Part shown: in pieces, positions 10,261 through 21,400 of the stretch | How positions within the stretch are numbered: the stretch's first letter is position 1 | How the letters are laid out: every line of letters begins with the position of its first letter | Assembly (NCBI GenBank): GCA_002269645.1 | Contig: NIVC01002295.1 | Coordinates: 62,001-126,000, forward strand | Reading direction: 5' to 3' | From: Macrostomum lignano | Taxonomy: Eukaryota | Length of the DNA stretch: 64,000 nucleotides | Notes under the pieces: model-generated | Databases searched by the model: none | Told to the model about the DNA's origin: nothing | What the model saw: the letters and a program-made list of their open reading frames with translations, nothing else | Position numbers and translations under genes: made by a program

Positions 10261-10444
10261 CTATTTTTTGTCTTGGTTTGATAAATATTTAGTGGGCCAC
10301 CTATCATGAGTTTTTAATATATACAAAGCATACTGTCTATCCATTATTTATATATGTAGCTATTTCATGTTAGCATTTTATATAATATTTAGAGTTTCTT
10401 GGTTAACTGATTGAAATCTTTAATAACTTGTACGAGTACTACCA

Positions 10445-10790
10445 GGGGGCCATAGCCCAGAGGTAGCGCAGCTGCTCTGGTGGGCCAGTGACCTAGGCTC
10501 AATTCCAAGTGTAGTCACATTAATTTGTGGCTGAATTGGAATCTTGGCTTGGCTCTGCTTGTGCAATTAATGGCCTTGAGAGCCAAACCCCCAAGGCGCA
10601 GTGAAGTGTACATGCCTAACGATAAAATAAAGTTAGGGTGGCTGTACACTCCTGTGAGAGTGTGTGCCTGCATATGTATCCGCGCGTTTGTATGCCTGCT
10701 CAGGGGAGCCGGCGGAATGGGCAATAATGCCTCTCACTGGTTGTGTGCTTATGTCGCTTAAAGTGCGCCAGGGTGTACAAATATATAAAG
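10445..10790 (+). mobile_element. tRNA-derived SINE-like insertion in the CACTA element (3' end approximate)
   Basis: GGGGCCA start, A-box-like TAGCCCAGAGG (10453-10463), B-box-like GGCTCAATTCC (10496-10506), followed by a unique GC-richer body in AT-rich context. Confidence 0.5.
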
Positions 10791-10851
10791 TTTAACAACA
10801 CTTTTTTAAATAAATTGTATACATATACTGCCTAAATGCTGCCTATTTCAG

Positions 10852-12852
10852 ATGGCCACTTGGGTGAAGAAAAAGAGAACAGGAGAGAGGTTGCTACTAA
10901 ATGCCATTAGGGATACCAGTTCCAGCTCTCATGACGAGGAAGAGGGCATTTGTATGAAAAAATCATCATTGCCCATTGGAGCAGGTTGTTCTAAATGGAC
11001 ATTGGGTAGTCAACCTGAGGAAGGAGATAATCATCAGGAGGATAGTAATAACAATTCGCCATCTGAATCCGTCTCCTCCGATTCAGAGACTGACGACTAT
11101 GACGACCATGAATCTGATGTAGATCTGAGTGAGGCTTTGAAAGAATGGGCAATATCCGACAACATCCCACAGGCCTCTTTGCGACGTCTTCTGGCTGTTC
11201 TGCGCAAGAAAGACCCATCCCTTCCTATTGACCCAAGAACGCTGCTTGACTCTCCCCAGGTTGTATTAGGAGTTAAACACGTTGATCCAGGTAGCTACTA
11301 TCATTTTGGGCTCCTGAATGGGATTAAAAGGCTACTTGACGATGTGGGCTTTGAGAATAATGTCAACTTGAACCTGTTTTTAAACATCGATGGTGTACCA
11401 CTTTTTTCATCGACTGTGGACGGCTTTTGGGTGATTCTAGCCGCATTTCGTGAAATTCGGAATTCTGTCTTTGTCGTTGGAATCTACCACGGCAGGGCAA
11501 AGCCTCAGAGTGCCGAGGATCTTCTCACGGATACTATTGAAGAGTTAAAGACGCTGGAGCAAAATGATTTGGAGATTCGACCCGGTGTGAAAATTCTCCT
11601 TGCGTGTGTTTGCTGCGACACACCCGCACGCGCTTTTGTCAAGAATGTCAAAGGCCACTCTGGCTATTATGGTTGTGACCGTTGCATTGCGAAAGGTATA
11701 TACATTTGTAACCGTGTTGCTTTCTCTGAGAATGGTACTCTCCGAAGTGACGCCACCTTTCGCGACAGAACTCAACCGGAGCATCACCACGGACCGAGCC
11801 CCTTTGAATCCTTGTCTATTGACATGGTGGCTCAGTTTCCACACGACATGTTGCACCTTATCTGCAAAGGAGTGACACTGAAGCTGCTGGAAGTATTAAG
11901 CAATGGTCCAAATAAGTACAGGCTCGGCCAGAATGAGAAAAGGTACTTTGATCAGCTTATAAAAGAGACCTGCAAGGTTCTTCCTTGTGACTTTGTTCGA
12001 AAGGTGAGCCCTATTCGCCACCTTCACAAATGGAAGGCGACTGAATTGCGACTTTTTACAGTGTACATCATTCCGTTCGTCATCCCCAAGGTTGTACGTG
12101 ATTCAAAGCTACAAACTATATTCATGACGTATTTCATCGCTATCTACATCATGTGCTGCGAAAGGAAACAATACCAAGGAGCGCAGAGCGTTGAATACAT
12201 TCGCCGCCTTGTGTCATATATGCACGATCTCCTTCGCGAGGCTCTCGGAAATGCATTTTTCACATACAATATTCACAACCTTCAGCACCTAGTTGATGAC
12301 TTCAACCGGTTTGGTCCAATAGACACATTTAGCAACTTTAAGTTTGAGAACTTCTTGAGATTCATCAAGAAGAAGATTCGATCGCCCAGTCAACCACTGA
12401 ATCAGATTGTCAAGCGAATACATGAGAGTGGACAGTTTCTTGGGCAGCGTCCTGTATCCCTATTGGGAATAAAGTCCCTGACACCCTTGCAACCCATCAT
12501 TCGTGATGAGGGTGTAGCTTACCGGCGACTCGTACTGAATGATGTCAACACCATCCTGAAGAGGAAATCTCCGGATTCATTCGTCTTAACCTCTGATCGC
12601 AAAGTCTTCAAAGTTTCTCATTTTGTGAAGGAGGGCGACGATATCAGGGCCATTGGCCGGCTCTTTTGTAGCCACGACAACTACTTTCTATTGCCGTTGC
12701 TGTCCATGGATTTAGACATTTTCAAAGTGTCTGAATTGTCGCGCTCGGTTTCTGTCATACCTGTTAAACATATCATGTGCAAAATGTTCCTCTTTCCAGA
12801 CGACGGTGGCCACCAGTTGGCCATACCACTTGCTCATACTTTCCGTCAGTGA
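10852..12852 (+). CDS. CACTA/EnSpm DDE transposase, 666 aa, uninterrupted
   Basis: Motifs NIDGVPLF, CCDTPARAFVK.VKGHSGYYGCDRC, HDMLHLICKGV, WKATELR, YNIHNLQHLVDD..RFGPIDTFSNFKFEN. The ATG directly follows a cag, so an upstream exon is possible. Confidence 0.93.
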   Translation: MATWVKKKRTGERLLLNAIRDTSSSSHDEEEGICMKKSSLPIGAGCSKWTLGSQPEEGDNHQEDSNNNSPSESVSSDSETDDYDDHESDVDLSEALKEWAISDNIPQASLRRLLAVLRKKDPSLPIDPRTLLDSPQVVLGVKHVDPGSYYHFGLLNGIKRLLDDVGFENNVNLNLFLNIDGVPLFSSTVDGFWVILAAFREIRNSVFVVGIYHGRAKPQSAEDLLTDTIEELKTLEQNDLEIRPGVKILLACVCCDTPARAFVKNVKGHSGYYGCDRCIAKGIYICNRVAFSENGTLRSDATFRDRTQPEHHHGPSPFESLSIDMVAQFPHDMLHLICKGVTLKLLEVLSNGPNKYRLGQNEKRYFDQLIKETCKVLPCDFVRKVSPIRHLHKWKATELRLFTVYIIPFVIPKVVRDSKLQTIFMTYFIAIYIMCCERKQYQGAQSVEYIRRLVSYMHDLLREALGNAFFTYNIHNLQHLVDDFNRFGPIDTFSNFKFENFLRFIKKKIRSPSQPLNQIVKRIHESGQFLGQRPVSLLGIKSLTPLQPIIRDEGVAYRRLVLNDVNTILKRKSPDSFVLTSDRKVFKVSHFVKEGDDIRAIGRLFCSHDNYFLLPLLSMDLDIFKVSELSRSVSVIPVKHIMCKMFLFPDDGGHQLAIPLAHTFRQ

Positions 12853-13568
12853 GACAGAGCTTACTTTTTAACATACTGCAAAGGTTTGATGTGTCTGCAT
12901 TCAGAAGCAAATGCTATTCTTTAAACTTTAATCATGATACTTTTCTTTAGCTGTTATAATTTTGTACGTAAATTTATTTTAAGGTTCTAATAATATGTTA
13001 TTTTCTTTAATTACGAGCTAGATTCTGTTTCAAAATATTCTACTCATGTTTGAACTTGCAACTTATAGGCTTTTCTGTAAGCGTGTGGCAGCCTTGGACG
13101 TAGATCAACCAGTCGATGCAAAAAATTGAAGCATAGCAGATTGTTTAGAATCTTCAGTGTATACATATAACAGTAGTAATAGCAAAATTATTAATAATAA
13201 TAACAATTTCTTAGCATCAAACCGTCCAGGCCTGACAAGCGTAGCCAATTAAACATACTACTACTGTAATTTCGCCTCCTCAAAGTATAATTAATAAAAA
13301 TACTCGTCGCAGTATAATATGGCCGTATTTTTGGCAACTTATTTGGTACTAAAATACATCAAAGCTGCTCTGTTCATCAATTCTGTAGAAATCTGAAAAT
13401 ACAAGTATTGCAATAGTAGATCCATGAATCTGTAAATGTTATAGAAAAGAGCTGTAATAAAATCAGCGTAGATAAGATTATTTAATTTACTGCAGTTTTA
13501 TATACTAATAGAACATTACAACCTTTTTTCATGCATTTGAAGCTCTGAAACACCTCCAGTGTATCACA

Positions 13569-15414
13569 ATGAACACTGCAAAGTATCACCTAGTAAGCTT
13601 CGACGATGGCGCTCAAATTGTGCTGGACAGTTGGCTGTTCCAGGATGAAGATGGCAATGTCTTCTGCCTCCTCCCCAAGACAACCAAAGCTACTCAATGT
13701 CTGCGCAACAAAACTGAACCACACCCATCCTGGAGGGAATTCAAGGTGTCGGAACAGCTCATGTCTAGTGGTACGTTTTTAATGCCCTCTTCATGTCGAA
13801 CAGTGCTAGTAATATAGTATAATAGTATTTATAATTTAGATATATTCAATTTAGATATAATGGTGAATCTATTGGGTAGAGTCAATGTTGCCGTCATTTT
13901 TGCCATGCTGTACTCCTTGAGCTCCCCGCAGCTCTCGACATCGAGTTGAACGCCCTGTGGAAGTCCACAACACACACAGACAAAGGTCGATTGTAGTATG
14001 GGAAACCATACACACTGAAGGCTGGCACGACTCAACCTAAAAGCGCATGTATTTTTCGTAAATATGATTGCAGATTTTGCCTTACCCTTTCAGATAATCT
14101 GAACTTTCTCACTTATCGGCTGAAGCGATTGGAAGAAAAGAATAGTTTGAGTGAGACAGAAGTTGAGAGGAAACGACAAAGGCCGGCAGTAGAGAGGCTG
14201 GTTGATGGCTTTAGGACATCGTCGATTCCTGCTTCATCTTCCACTAGATCCAAAAAGACATCGAATATGCCACCGTCGTCTTCGGCTTCGGTTGTCGTAT
14301 CTGAGCTTGCGTCACCACCTCCGCCTCCAGTTTTTCAACTATCGCCTTCACCACCTCAAGCATCAGTTACCGTACACGATACATTCGAGAGCCAATCTGT
14401 GCTGGAATCTGCTACACAGGATCCTGACTTGAGGAGAAAGAATGAAACTGCCAGTTGCAACCGTCACTGCTGTCACATGGAGAGTATGTTGCCTTTTAAT
14501 TTGATTTCATCTGACTTTACTCTGACAGTTTCAGTTTTTTGTATTGTATTGCGCTCGCGTGATACATGTCTCTACTCTGTTCTAGTGGTTATTTTACTAC
14601 CTATTTGTAAATTCATGCCAGTGTAAACATATGCATGCGCTTGTATTGTTACTGCAGAGTGGCTGGCGAAGCTCTTTACCGAAATGAAGGAAATGAAGGA
14701 AGAGATCCGAGCGTTAAGGTGTGGCAATACTACTGATGGCAATGGGATGTTGCACCAGTTGCCCATGAGCAGTGTAAACGGGCTCCTGTCCTTCGCCGAT
14801 GAGATAGCCACATGTACGGAAAAGAAGTCTGTCTTGGTGAGAGAAAATTTATAGTTTTCTTACGTATGATCAGCTTCCTTTTTATCTACGAGCTCGTATG
14901 TACTTATTATTTAGTTGCTTATTTTCACATGTATTCCTGTACCTTTGCCGTATTCGTGCTACCTGCACGTATCGATCACTAGTCCTACCAGTAGCTTGCA
15001 AAAATCTGAATTTTAGATTCACTACCTGTCCGGCTTCGCTGATGATGGCGTCAGTATCAGCCGAGTGACGACCACTCTGTTGAAGAAAATTGCCCTGCCA
15101 TCTGTGTTAAGTATGTTTACAACAACTGGCCGGCAGGATTCACGCATATTTCCCATCGGGCTTACTGCGGCCATAGAAAGTGAGTATGTTCGAACATGTG
15201 AAATCAACCTCTGTATGTATAGTCGCTCATTGTGACGCATGAAATACTAATTGGCTCATCACTTTGTTTCACAGGAGTCATTCATAATAACAAGCGATTG
15301 AGATCTCGTTCACGAGGCGTTGGAGCGCAACATTTTGTGGCCGAGTCCTTGAAGCATATCAAACTCAAGGAGAAGAAGCGCGTAGAGACTGCGGATGACG
15401 TGAGGGAAACTTAG
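13569..15414 (+). CDS. CACTA accessory (ORF2/TnpA-position) protein, 5 exons, ~357 aa
   Basis: Exons 13569-13770, 14094-14483, 14658-14836, 15017-15179, 15275-15414, all GT-AG and summing to 1074 nt (divisible by 3). N-terminal YHLVSFDD..IVLDSW..C..P..P.PSW domain, S/P-rich linker, coiled-coil (KLFTEMKEMKEEIRAL), and a C-terminal helical domain resembling DUF4806-type proteins. Confidence 0.75.
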
Positions 15415-15630
15415 ACTTCGCTGTTGCTCTTCCTTCATTTTGGCTTCCTTCATCTCTCATGATGCCAGCTCATGCTGGAGAACTATAGTAGCTTGAATAT
15501 TTTGTAAAGTTCAATCATGCAGCTGCTATCATACCTTTCATAAATCCATCAATTTTGACCATCTTACGAGCGTACATGGATATCATGTAACTGTATTGAA
15601 AATGGAGCTTGAAAACTGGTTCTATGACTA

Positions 15631-16498
15631 GGCCGTATGAATAAACTGAGCAAATTCTCAAACTCAAGCAAATGCTCAGGTCAATAAGAATAAGTTGAGC
15701 TTTTGCTCATGAGTAAATGCTCGTGAGCATTTACTCCGACTCATGAGAAAATTCTCAGCTGCAGAGCAATTACTCCAGTCAGTAAGAATAAAAACATGGC
15801 CATGGACAAAAGATCGGAGCAATTGCTCACAAAATGTTGAGACAGCTACCAGGTACCTAGCTGACTCAACTGGCAAGCAACTGCAGTTGAATGGCGGAAT
15901 TTATGCCTGAAATCGCTCCTGCAAGGCGCAAGCTCTACCTTGAAAGGCTTTCGTCTGATGTCCTTCGAGATTGCGAGTATCAGTCTTGCCTTCATATTGG
16001 CCAGCTTTTTGTTTATTTTTTTTGAATCCGTGCTCTTGCCACTAAGCTCCAACTCGCTCTGGATAGATAGCAATGCTGCCTTTTTCTTCTCCGCGATACC
16101 AGGCGTCTTTGCTTTGTCAGCAAGACACGGATGGCGTATTACGATATTCACAAACTGCTCGTCGCTGGCATCATCAGTATCCATTTCAGATCAGTGCTTG
16201 CTAAGCTGTGTTTGCTATGCTGAGCTATGCGGCTATGCAACACTATACTTAGCTTCGATCGTTAGTGAGTGCTGCCGCTTCTCTTGCTGCTGCTGCAGAT
16301 CTGCCTGTCTATGGCTTTAAGCAGCCAGGCTGCTGCTCAAGCGGTTGAGCAATTACTCTGAGTCTGTGTTTTTTGTTTATTCATACTGAATTGTTGCATT
16401 TGCTCTGACTCTGAGTATTTACTCAGCCTCGAGAAAATGCTCCAGCTCAGAGTGCGAGCATTTGCTCAAGAGCATTTGCTGATTTTATTCATACGGCC
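15631..16498 (-). mobile_element. Non-autonomous PIF/Harbinger-like element (868 bp) nested in the CACTA element
   Basis: 15-bp TIR GGCCGTATGAATAAA at 15631-15645 and its reverse complement at 16484-16498; TA on both flanks; subterminal GAGCA/TGCTC repeats; internal MADF-like ORF. Confidence 0.7.
15846..16184 (-). CDS. MADF/Myb-SANT-like DNA-binding protein, 112 aa (possibly truncated or spliced)
   Basis: FVNIVIRHPCLADK..EKKKAALLSIQSEL..DSKKINKKLANMKARL matches the trihelix MADF pattern of Harbinger second ORFs. Confidence 0.65.
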   Translation of the reverse strand: MDTDDASDEQFVNIVIRHPCLADKAKTPGIAEKKKAALLSIQSELELSGKSTDSKKINKKLANMKARLILAISKDIRRKPFKVELAPCRSDFRHKFRHSTAVACQLSQLGTW

Positions 16499-18470
16499 TA
16501 TTGATTTTGCATTGCCGAGTTCTAAGAAATAAATTATAAAATGGGTAACTTTAAGCATAAATAAAAAATTTAGACTTTAGTTGTGTAAATAATAAAAAAG
16601 CAACCATTAGATTTGAACGCATTTAGCCAGAGTCCGTAGGTATAGCGTTACCTGCGCCAAAAAAATTTCCAGAATGTGAGCACGTCTTCAAGTGTTCTCT
16701 ATGAACAACATGCAGCTATAGCTACACACAATCATTTAAATTTATTACGCTTGTGTTGCTTCCTTTTTGTTCAATAAAACCAAATATTGTTTTGAACTGT
16801 CGTTCGTGCATTGTTCCACATGTCTACTGTTCTATTGTTTTTCACTGCACTGTTTTGTACTATTTTACACAATGATACTATCACTCATTTCCACTTCGAT
16901 TGTTTCCAATAGCTAATATTCTAATATAGTATTCCATACTTCTAGTATTGCAAATTTCTACTCCGTAGCTTTTTATTATTGCTCTACTTTCTATTATTTT
17001 ACAGGCTACTAGCTCTGTTGCTATGCTCGTAATTGTCGTCATCCTTGGATTTGTTCCATGCCACTGTTTTCTACATTAACTATATTCTGTTTTGTTTGTA
17101 CTAACTTTTTGGCGCTATTTTCCGTTCTCCATCTTTTAATCTAATTTATTTACCGTTCCTTTTCATGAATTTTCATTTGCTAATATAAGAATATACTTGT
17201 AAATTACAATTTGTACCCGGTATATCAAGTGTGGTTAGTGTGCATTACTTATATCCACACACATAATTCAATAAGGTTGACTTCAGAATGCAGAGATAAC
17301 TTTCAATCATAAAGCTAGTAACATTTATTTTCTTAAAAGACATCATAAAAGTCATTTTGTACATTGAAAAAGCCATTTTTATACGGTAAAATTTGAGTAA
17401 ATTTTTTACGTCAAAGCAACGTCACAAATCTAGGTCAAAATTACGTAAAAAATATCGACAGAATTGACGTCATCTCGACGTCATAGTTTGACCGATTTTC
17501 AACGTCATTTTGACGTCGCGCAACGTCACTTTGCTACCCGGGTATTGACTTTCATGGATCCTTTGAATCTGAAAAAAAAAACTTGAATCAGGTCTCAGTG
17601 CACTGGACAAAAACTTAGAACCGATTTGAATTCTGAATTTGAATTTGAGAGCTCGTGATTTTCGATTCATTCTTCGAATATGTATTATTGACAGTCTCGA
17701 ATGCTCAAAGGGGAGGGGGGGGAAGCCAGTCCAACCGTTCACACCCATCAGCCACGCCTATAGCTGTCTACCCCATGCAGGGCATAGCGGCTATTGTGGT
17801 GAAACGCATCGGAGGAAAAGTACGGTCAGGGAACCAGTGAAATATTTTAAAATATATGTTATTGTTCTTCTTCTGGTCTCTCACTTCTATGGCTCTTGTT
17901 CTACTTCAAATATCAATGTGAGAGCCAAATAACTGAGGCGGCGGATTCAACTGACTTTTCCTGATGATGCAAACACTTGATGGTAACTTACAGACCGTTG
18001 TATTTGATGGTCACAATCTCGAGATGTTTTCTCACAAAATATAATGTCTAAGGTGGAATTCCAAATAAGAAGCTCGTTCGATTTAAGTCACAAGGTGTTT
18101 CTAGTTGTTCGGGTGAACCGAAGGTTCAGTCTATTGTGAAACGTGGATTGAGTGTTGGTTTGGCTTTAGTAAGTCGACTTATAAGTTTTGGTGTTTGGGT
18201 TGAGACCCTAACTGTGTCAATCAAAATAGTCAAACGAGGTAAGCTAGGAGAATGGCGAAGGAGAGGCAAGGGCGAGGAGAGGCGGAGCGAGCAAAAGGCG
18301 AGCTTCTTGCTTGGTTAACATGAGCTTTTATAGTACTTTTCAGTCTTGATCGCATTGGATGGTACATAACTGCTTTTCATTGGTTGAGGTTGGGGTCGTG
18401 TCCTCAGCTTTTGCTATTTGGAGCGCATTCATTGGTTAAAATACATTCAATCTGGATGGGAGCTTTCTAG

Positions 18471-21400
18471 AGCCAAAATGTATCACTTCACATCGGCATC
18501 GCCGGCCCGCCGAACAGCTTCGTGTTCTTGACTGGCATCGATGCCAGCGTGAATCTGATCCGCAGCGGCCAGGACATCCTTGAGGACACCGTGACGGGCA
18601 AGCTGAAGGGCAGCGTTCGCGCCTTCAAGAGCTGGATTCGCTGGTCTCGGGTGTTCACCACAGGCAGCGTGCTGAAGGTGAGGCGCGCCTTGCTCAATAA
18701 ACTTTAATCTACCTATAGGTAATAACTGTGTTAAACCTGACGGCTGATTTCCATTTTTAGACGTTGAATCTGCATCTGTTAACTGACGGATTTTTTGAAT
18801 TGGGTATTGCTAAAGCATCAGATTATATATTTTGTGACGGAATACGTAATCTAATATGAATAAATTTCTAAATTACTTGTTAAACTACTTGTTTTAGAAA
18901 GGTACCAGAGACCCATTTTCGAACGGAGGCGTCTGTTCGATGAAGGATCTCCGATGATGTCTCTTTCGATAAACCGAGCCCATGCGCCTGAAGGTCCACC
19001 ACCTGCTCAGCCTGAGAAATCGCAGAAGAGGACTTACTTTCCCGAGACCATGCTCTGGACTATGGTGGAGACTGAGTGAGCCTACTGTACTTGGCTTTGT
19101 GTGCGGTGATCCTACTCAAACTCGAACTCTGTTATCCTACTCAAACTCAAACTCTGTGATCCTACTCAAACTCGAACTCTGTGATCCGATACTCAAACTC
19201 GAACTCTGTGATCCTACTCAAACTCGAACTCTGTGATCCTATACTCAAACTCGAACTCTGTGATCCTACTCAAACTCAATCTCCATCAATGCAGTGCCTC
19301 AGGCCGGGCCAGCGAATCTCTGCAACTGCCAGACACCATCACGAGCTGGGATTTGACGGCGTTCGGCATCTCCAGCCGGCACGCCATCCAGACGGTGCAG
19401 CGCCCCTTCCAGGTGACGAGCTTCAAGAGATTCTTCGCCCAGCTGACGCTGCCGCACTCGTTGATCCGCGGCGAGTCGCTGCTTCTCCGGGTGCTGCTGT
19501 TCAACTTCGACTCCTCCAATCGGCTGACCATCAACGCCACCCTGTTGATCGACTCGAAGGCCTTCGAACTGACGGCGCTGACGGCCGCTGGACAGCCCGC
19601 TGAGCACGCGATTGTCAATGTGGAGTCAAACGGCGTCGGATTGGCGGTTTTCGGCCTGCGACCGAAACTGGTCTCCGAGGCGGCTGCGGTCACCGTGCGG
19701 GCCAGGTGAGCGGGGTTGAGACTAGAGATGTGAATAGATTAATGAGAAAAGCGGATAGACTGATTAAAGATGTGTGGTAGATGTGTGGTAGATGTGTGGT
19801 AGATGTGTGGTAGATGTGTGGTAGATGTGTGGTAGATGTGTGGTAGATGTGTGGTAGATGTGTGGTAGATGTGTGGTAGATGTGTGGTAGATGTGTGGTA
19901 GATGTGTGGTAGATGTGTGGTAGATGTGTGGTAGATGTGTGGTAGATGTGTGGTAGATGTGTGGTAGATGTGTGGTAGATGTGTGGTAGATGTGTGGTAG
20001 ATGTGTGGTAGATGTGTGGTAGATGTGTGGTAGATGTGTGGTAGATGTGTGGTAGATGATGTGTGCCGCATCAAAGCGCATACACATAGAGTTCGCCGCA
20101 TCCCTCAACCTGGCAGAGCCACCTGGCCAGACGGTCGCGCCGAGGTTGACGAGGTGACGCGTACGCTGCCGGTGCTTCCGGAGGGCCGCACGGTGAGGCG
20201 GGCTGTCACTGCCCTGCTGAGCCTGCGGGGCGATCCAACCGGTAGCAATTCGTCCGCCGAGACGGTTCAAAGCGCCGAGATGGTGGAAATTTACTGGCCG
20301 GAGGCGGTCCAGGCGGACGGGTCGATCCTGGTGCCCGGCTCCCAGCTCCTGTCCGTGTCGGTGGTCGGCGACGTCCTCGGCCCGGCCATGGACGGCATCG
20401 GCGGGCTGGTGCGGACTCCGCGCGGCTGCGGCGAGCAGAACATGGTGGACTTCGCTCCCGCGGTCTTCATCTATCGGTACCTCCGTTCGGCGGGCAGCGA
20501 CAGCTCCGCCACGGCCCGCCTGCGCCAGAAGGCCCTGGACGCCATGCGCACCGGCTACCAGAGGGAGCTGACCTACCGACGGGACGACGGCTCCTACAGC
20601 GCTTTCGGCAAGGCCGACGCAGCCGGCAGCGTCTGGCTGACTGCCTTCGTGCTCAGCGTGTACGCCCAGGCGGCCGAGTTCATCGCGGTGGACCCAGCTG
20701 CGGTGACGGGCAACTCGATCATGTTCCTGCTGAGCCGCCAGGACCCGTCTGGCCGCTTCACCGAGCCCGAGGGCGCTCGGGTGCTGGACACCAGCCTGCA
20801 AGGTGAAGCCGGCAAAGCCTCTCTTGGAATGTCGGCCTTCATCTGCTCCGCACTGATAGACGTTCGAGACGCTGTGGAATTGCTGCCGGCCCTGCGGACG
20901 CCTGAGTGGCCGCTGCTGCCCGTGTCCACCGCGCTGCGCCGCTGCGTCGACCTCTTTAAGCTGGAGTTCAAACAGCGGCTGGCCGATTTTGACACGCGCG
21001 ACATGGCGCTGGCCGCCTACTTCTTATGGCGCGCCCAACTGGCTGGCGAAGGAGGAGACGCGACGAAGAGCCTGGCGAAGCGCGTCTGGGAGGCCTTCAA
21101 TGCCCGCGCCGAGAGTGACCACTCGGCGAGACTGTACTTCTGGAAGGTGAGCTTGCCAGGCGGGAACTCCTCTGGACAGTTTTGTAGGCATTTTGCAGCG
21201 GTCAGTTGGATCTTTCAAACGCTGCAAGTTGAGCAGAGTTGGTTGCCAGGTTAGTGTTCAATTGACTAATCCCGATGAAAGCGTTGTCACCGTGACAATA
21301 GTCGCTAAAAGGTCATTGCAAACAACTCACTGGTGACTCTAAGGACTTCTGGGCGGCTCATGCGACTGTTTAAAAACTCAGACGACTGCAATACGATTGT

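Larger units (their letters stand above)
8927..17542 (+). mobile_element. CACTA/EnSpm (CMC superfamily) DNA transposon, structurally complete, 8616 bp
   Basis: TIR CCCGGGTAGCA at 8927-8937 and its reverse complement at 17532-17542. TAT duplicated on both sides (8924-8926, 17543-17545). Clusters of (T)GACGTC/AACGTC subterminal repeats at both ends. Transposase plus accessory gene inside. Confidence 0.9.

Noticed and set aside
19739-20101. Periodic ORFs over tandem repeats (TTHLPHIYH, QSNVTGSQM, LPWSFLQW, SVCL/RQTD, MGETSMR, SPEIPES and similar, here and at 23505-24393, 39157-40339, 42279-43178, 45233-46060, 53976-54624, 55203-55759, 58155-59130)
   Set aside because: They are translations of intronic or intergenic mini- and microsatellites, open in several frames and lying outside the phase-consistent exon chains.
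19764-20801. 345-aa minus-strand ORF, and similar antisense ORFs at 21821-22645 and 32337-32921
   Set aside because: Antisense shadows of GC-rich TEP and PARP exons, with no independent motifs.
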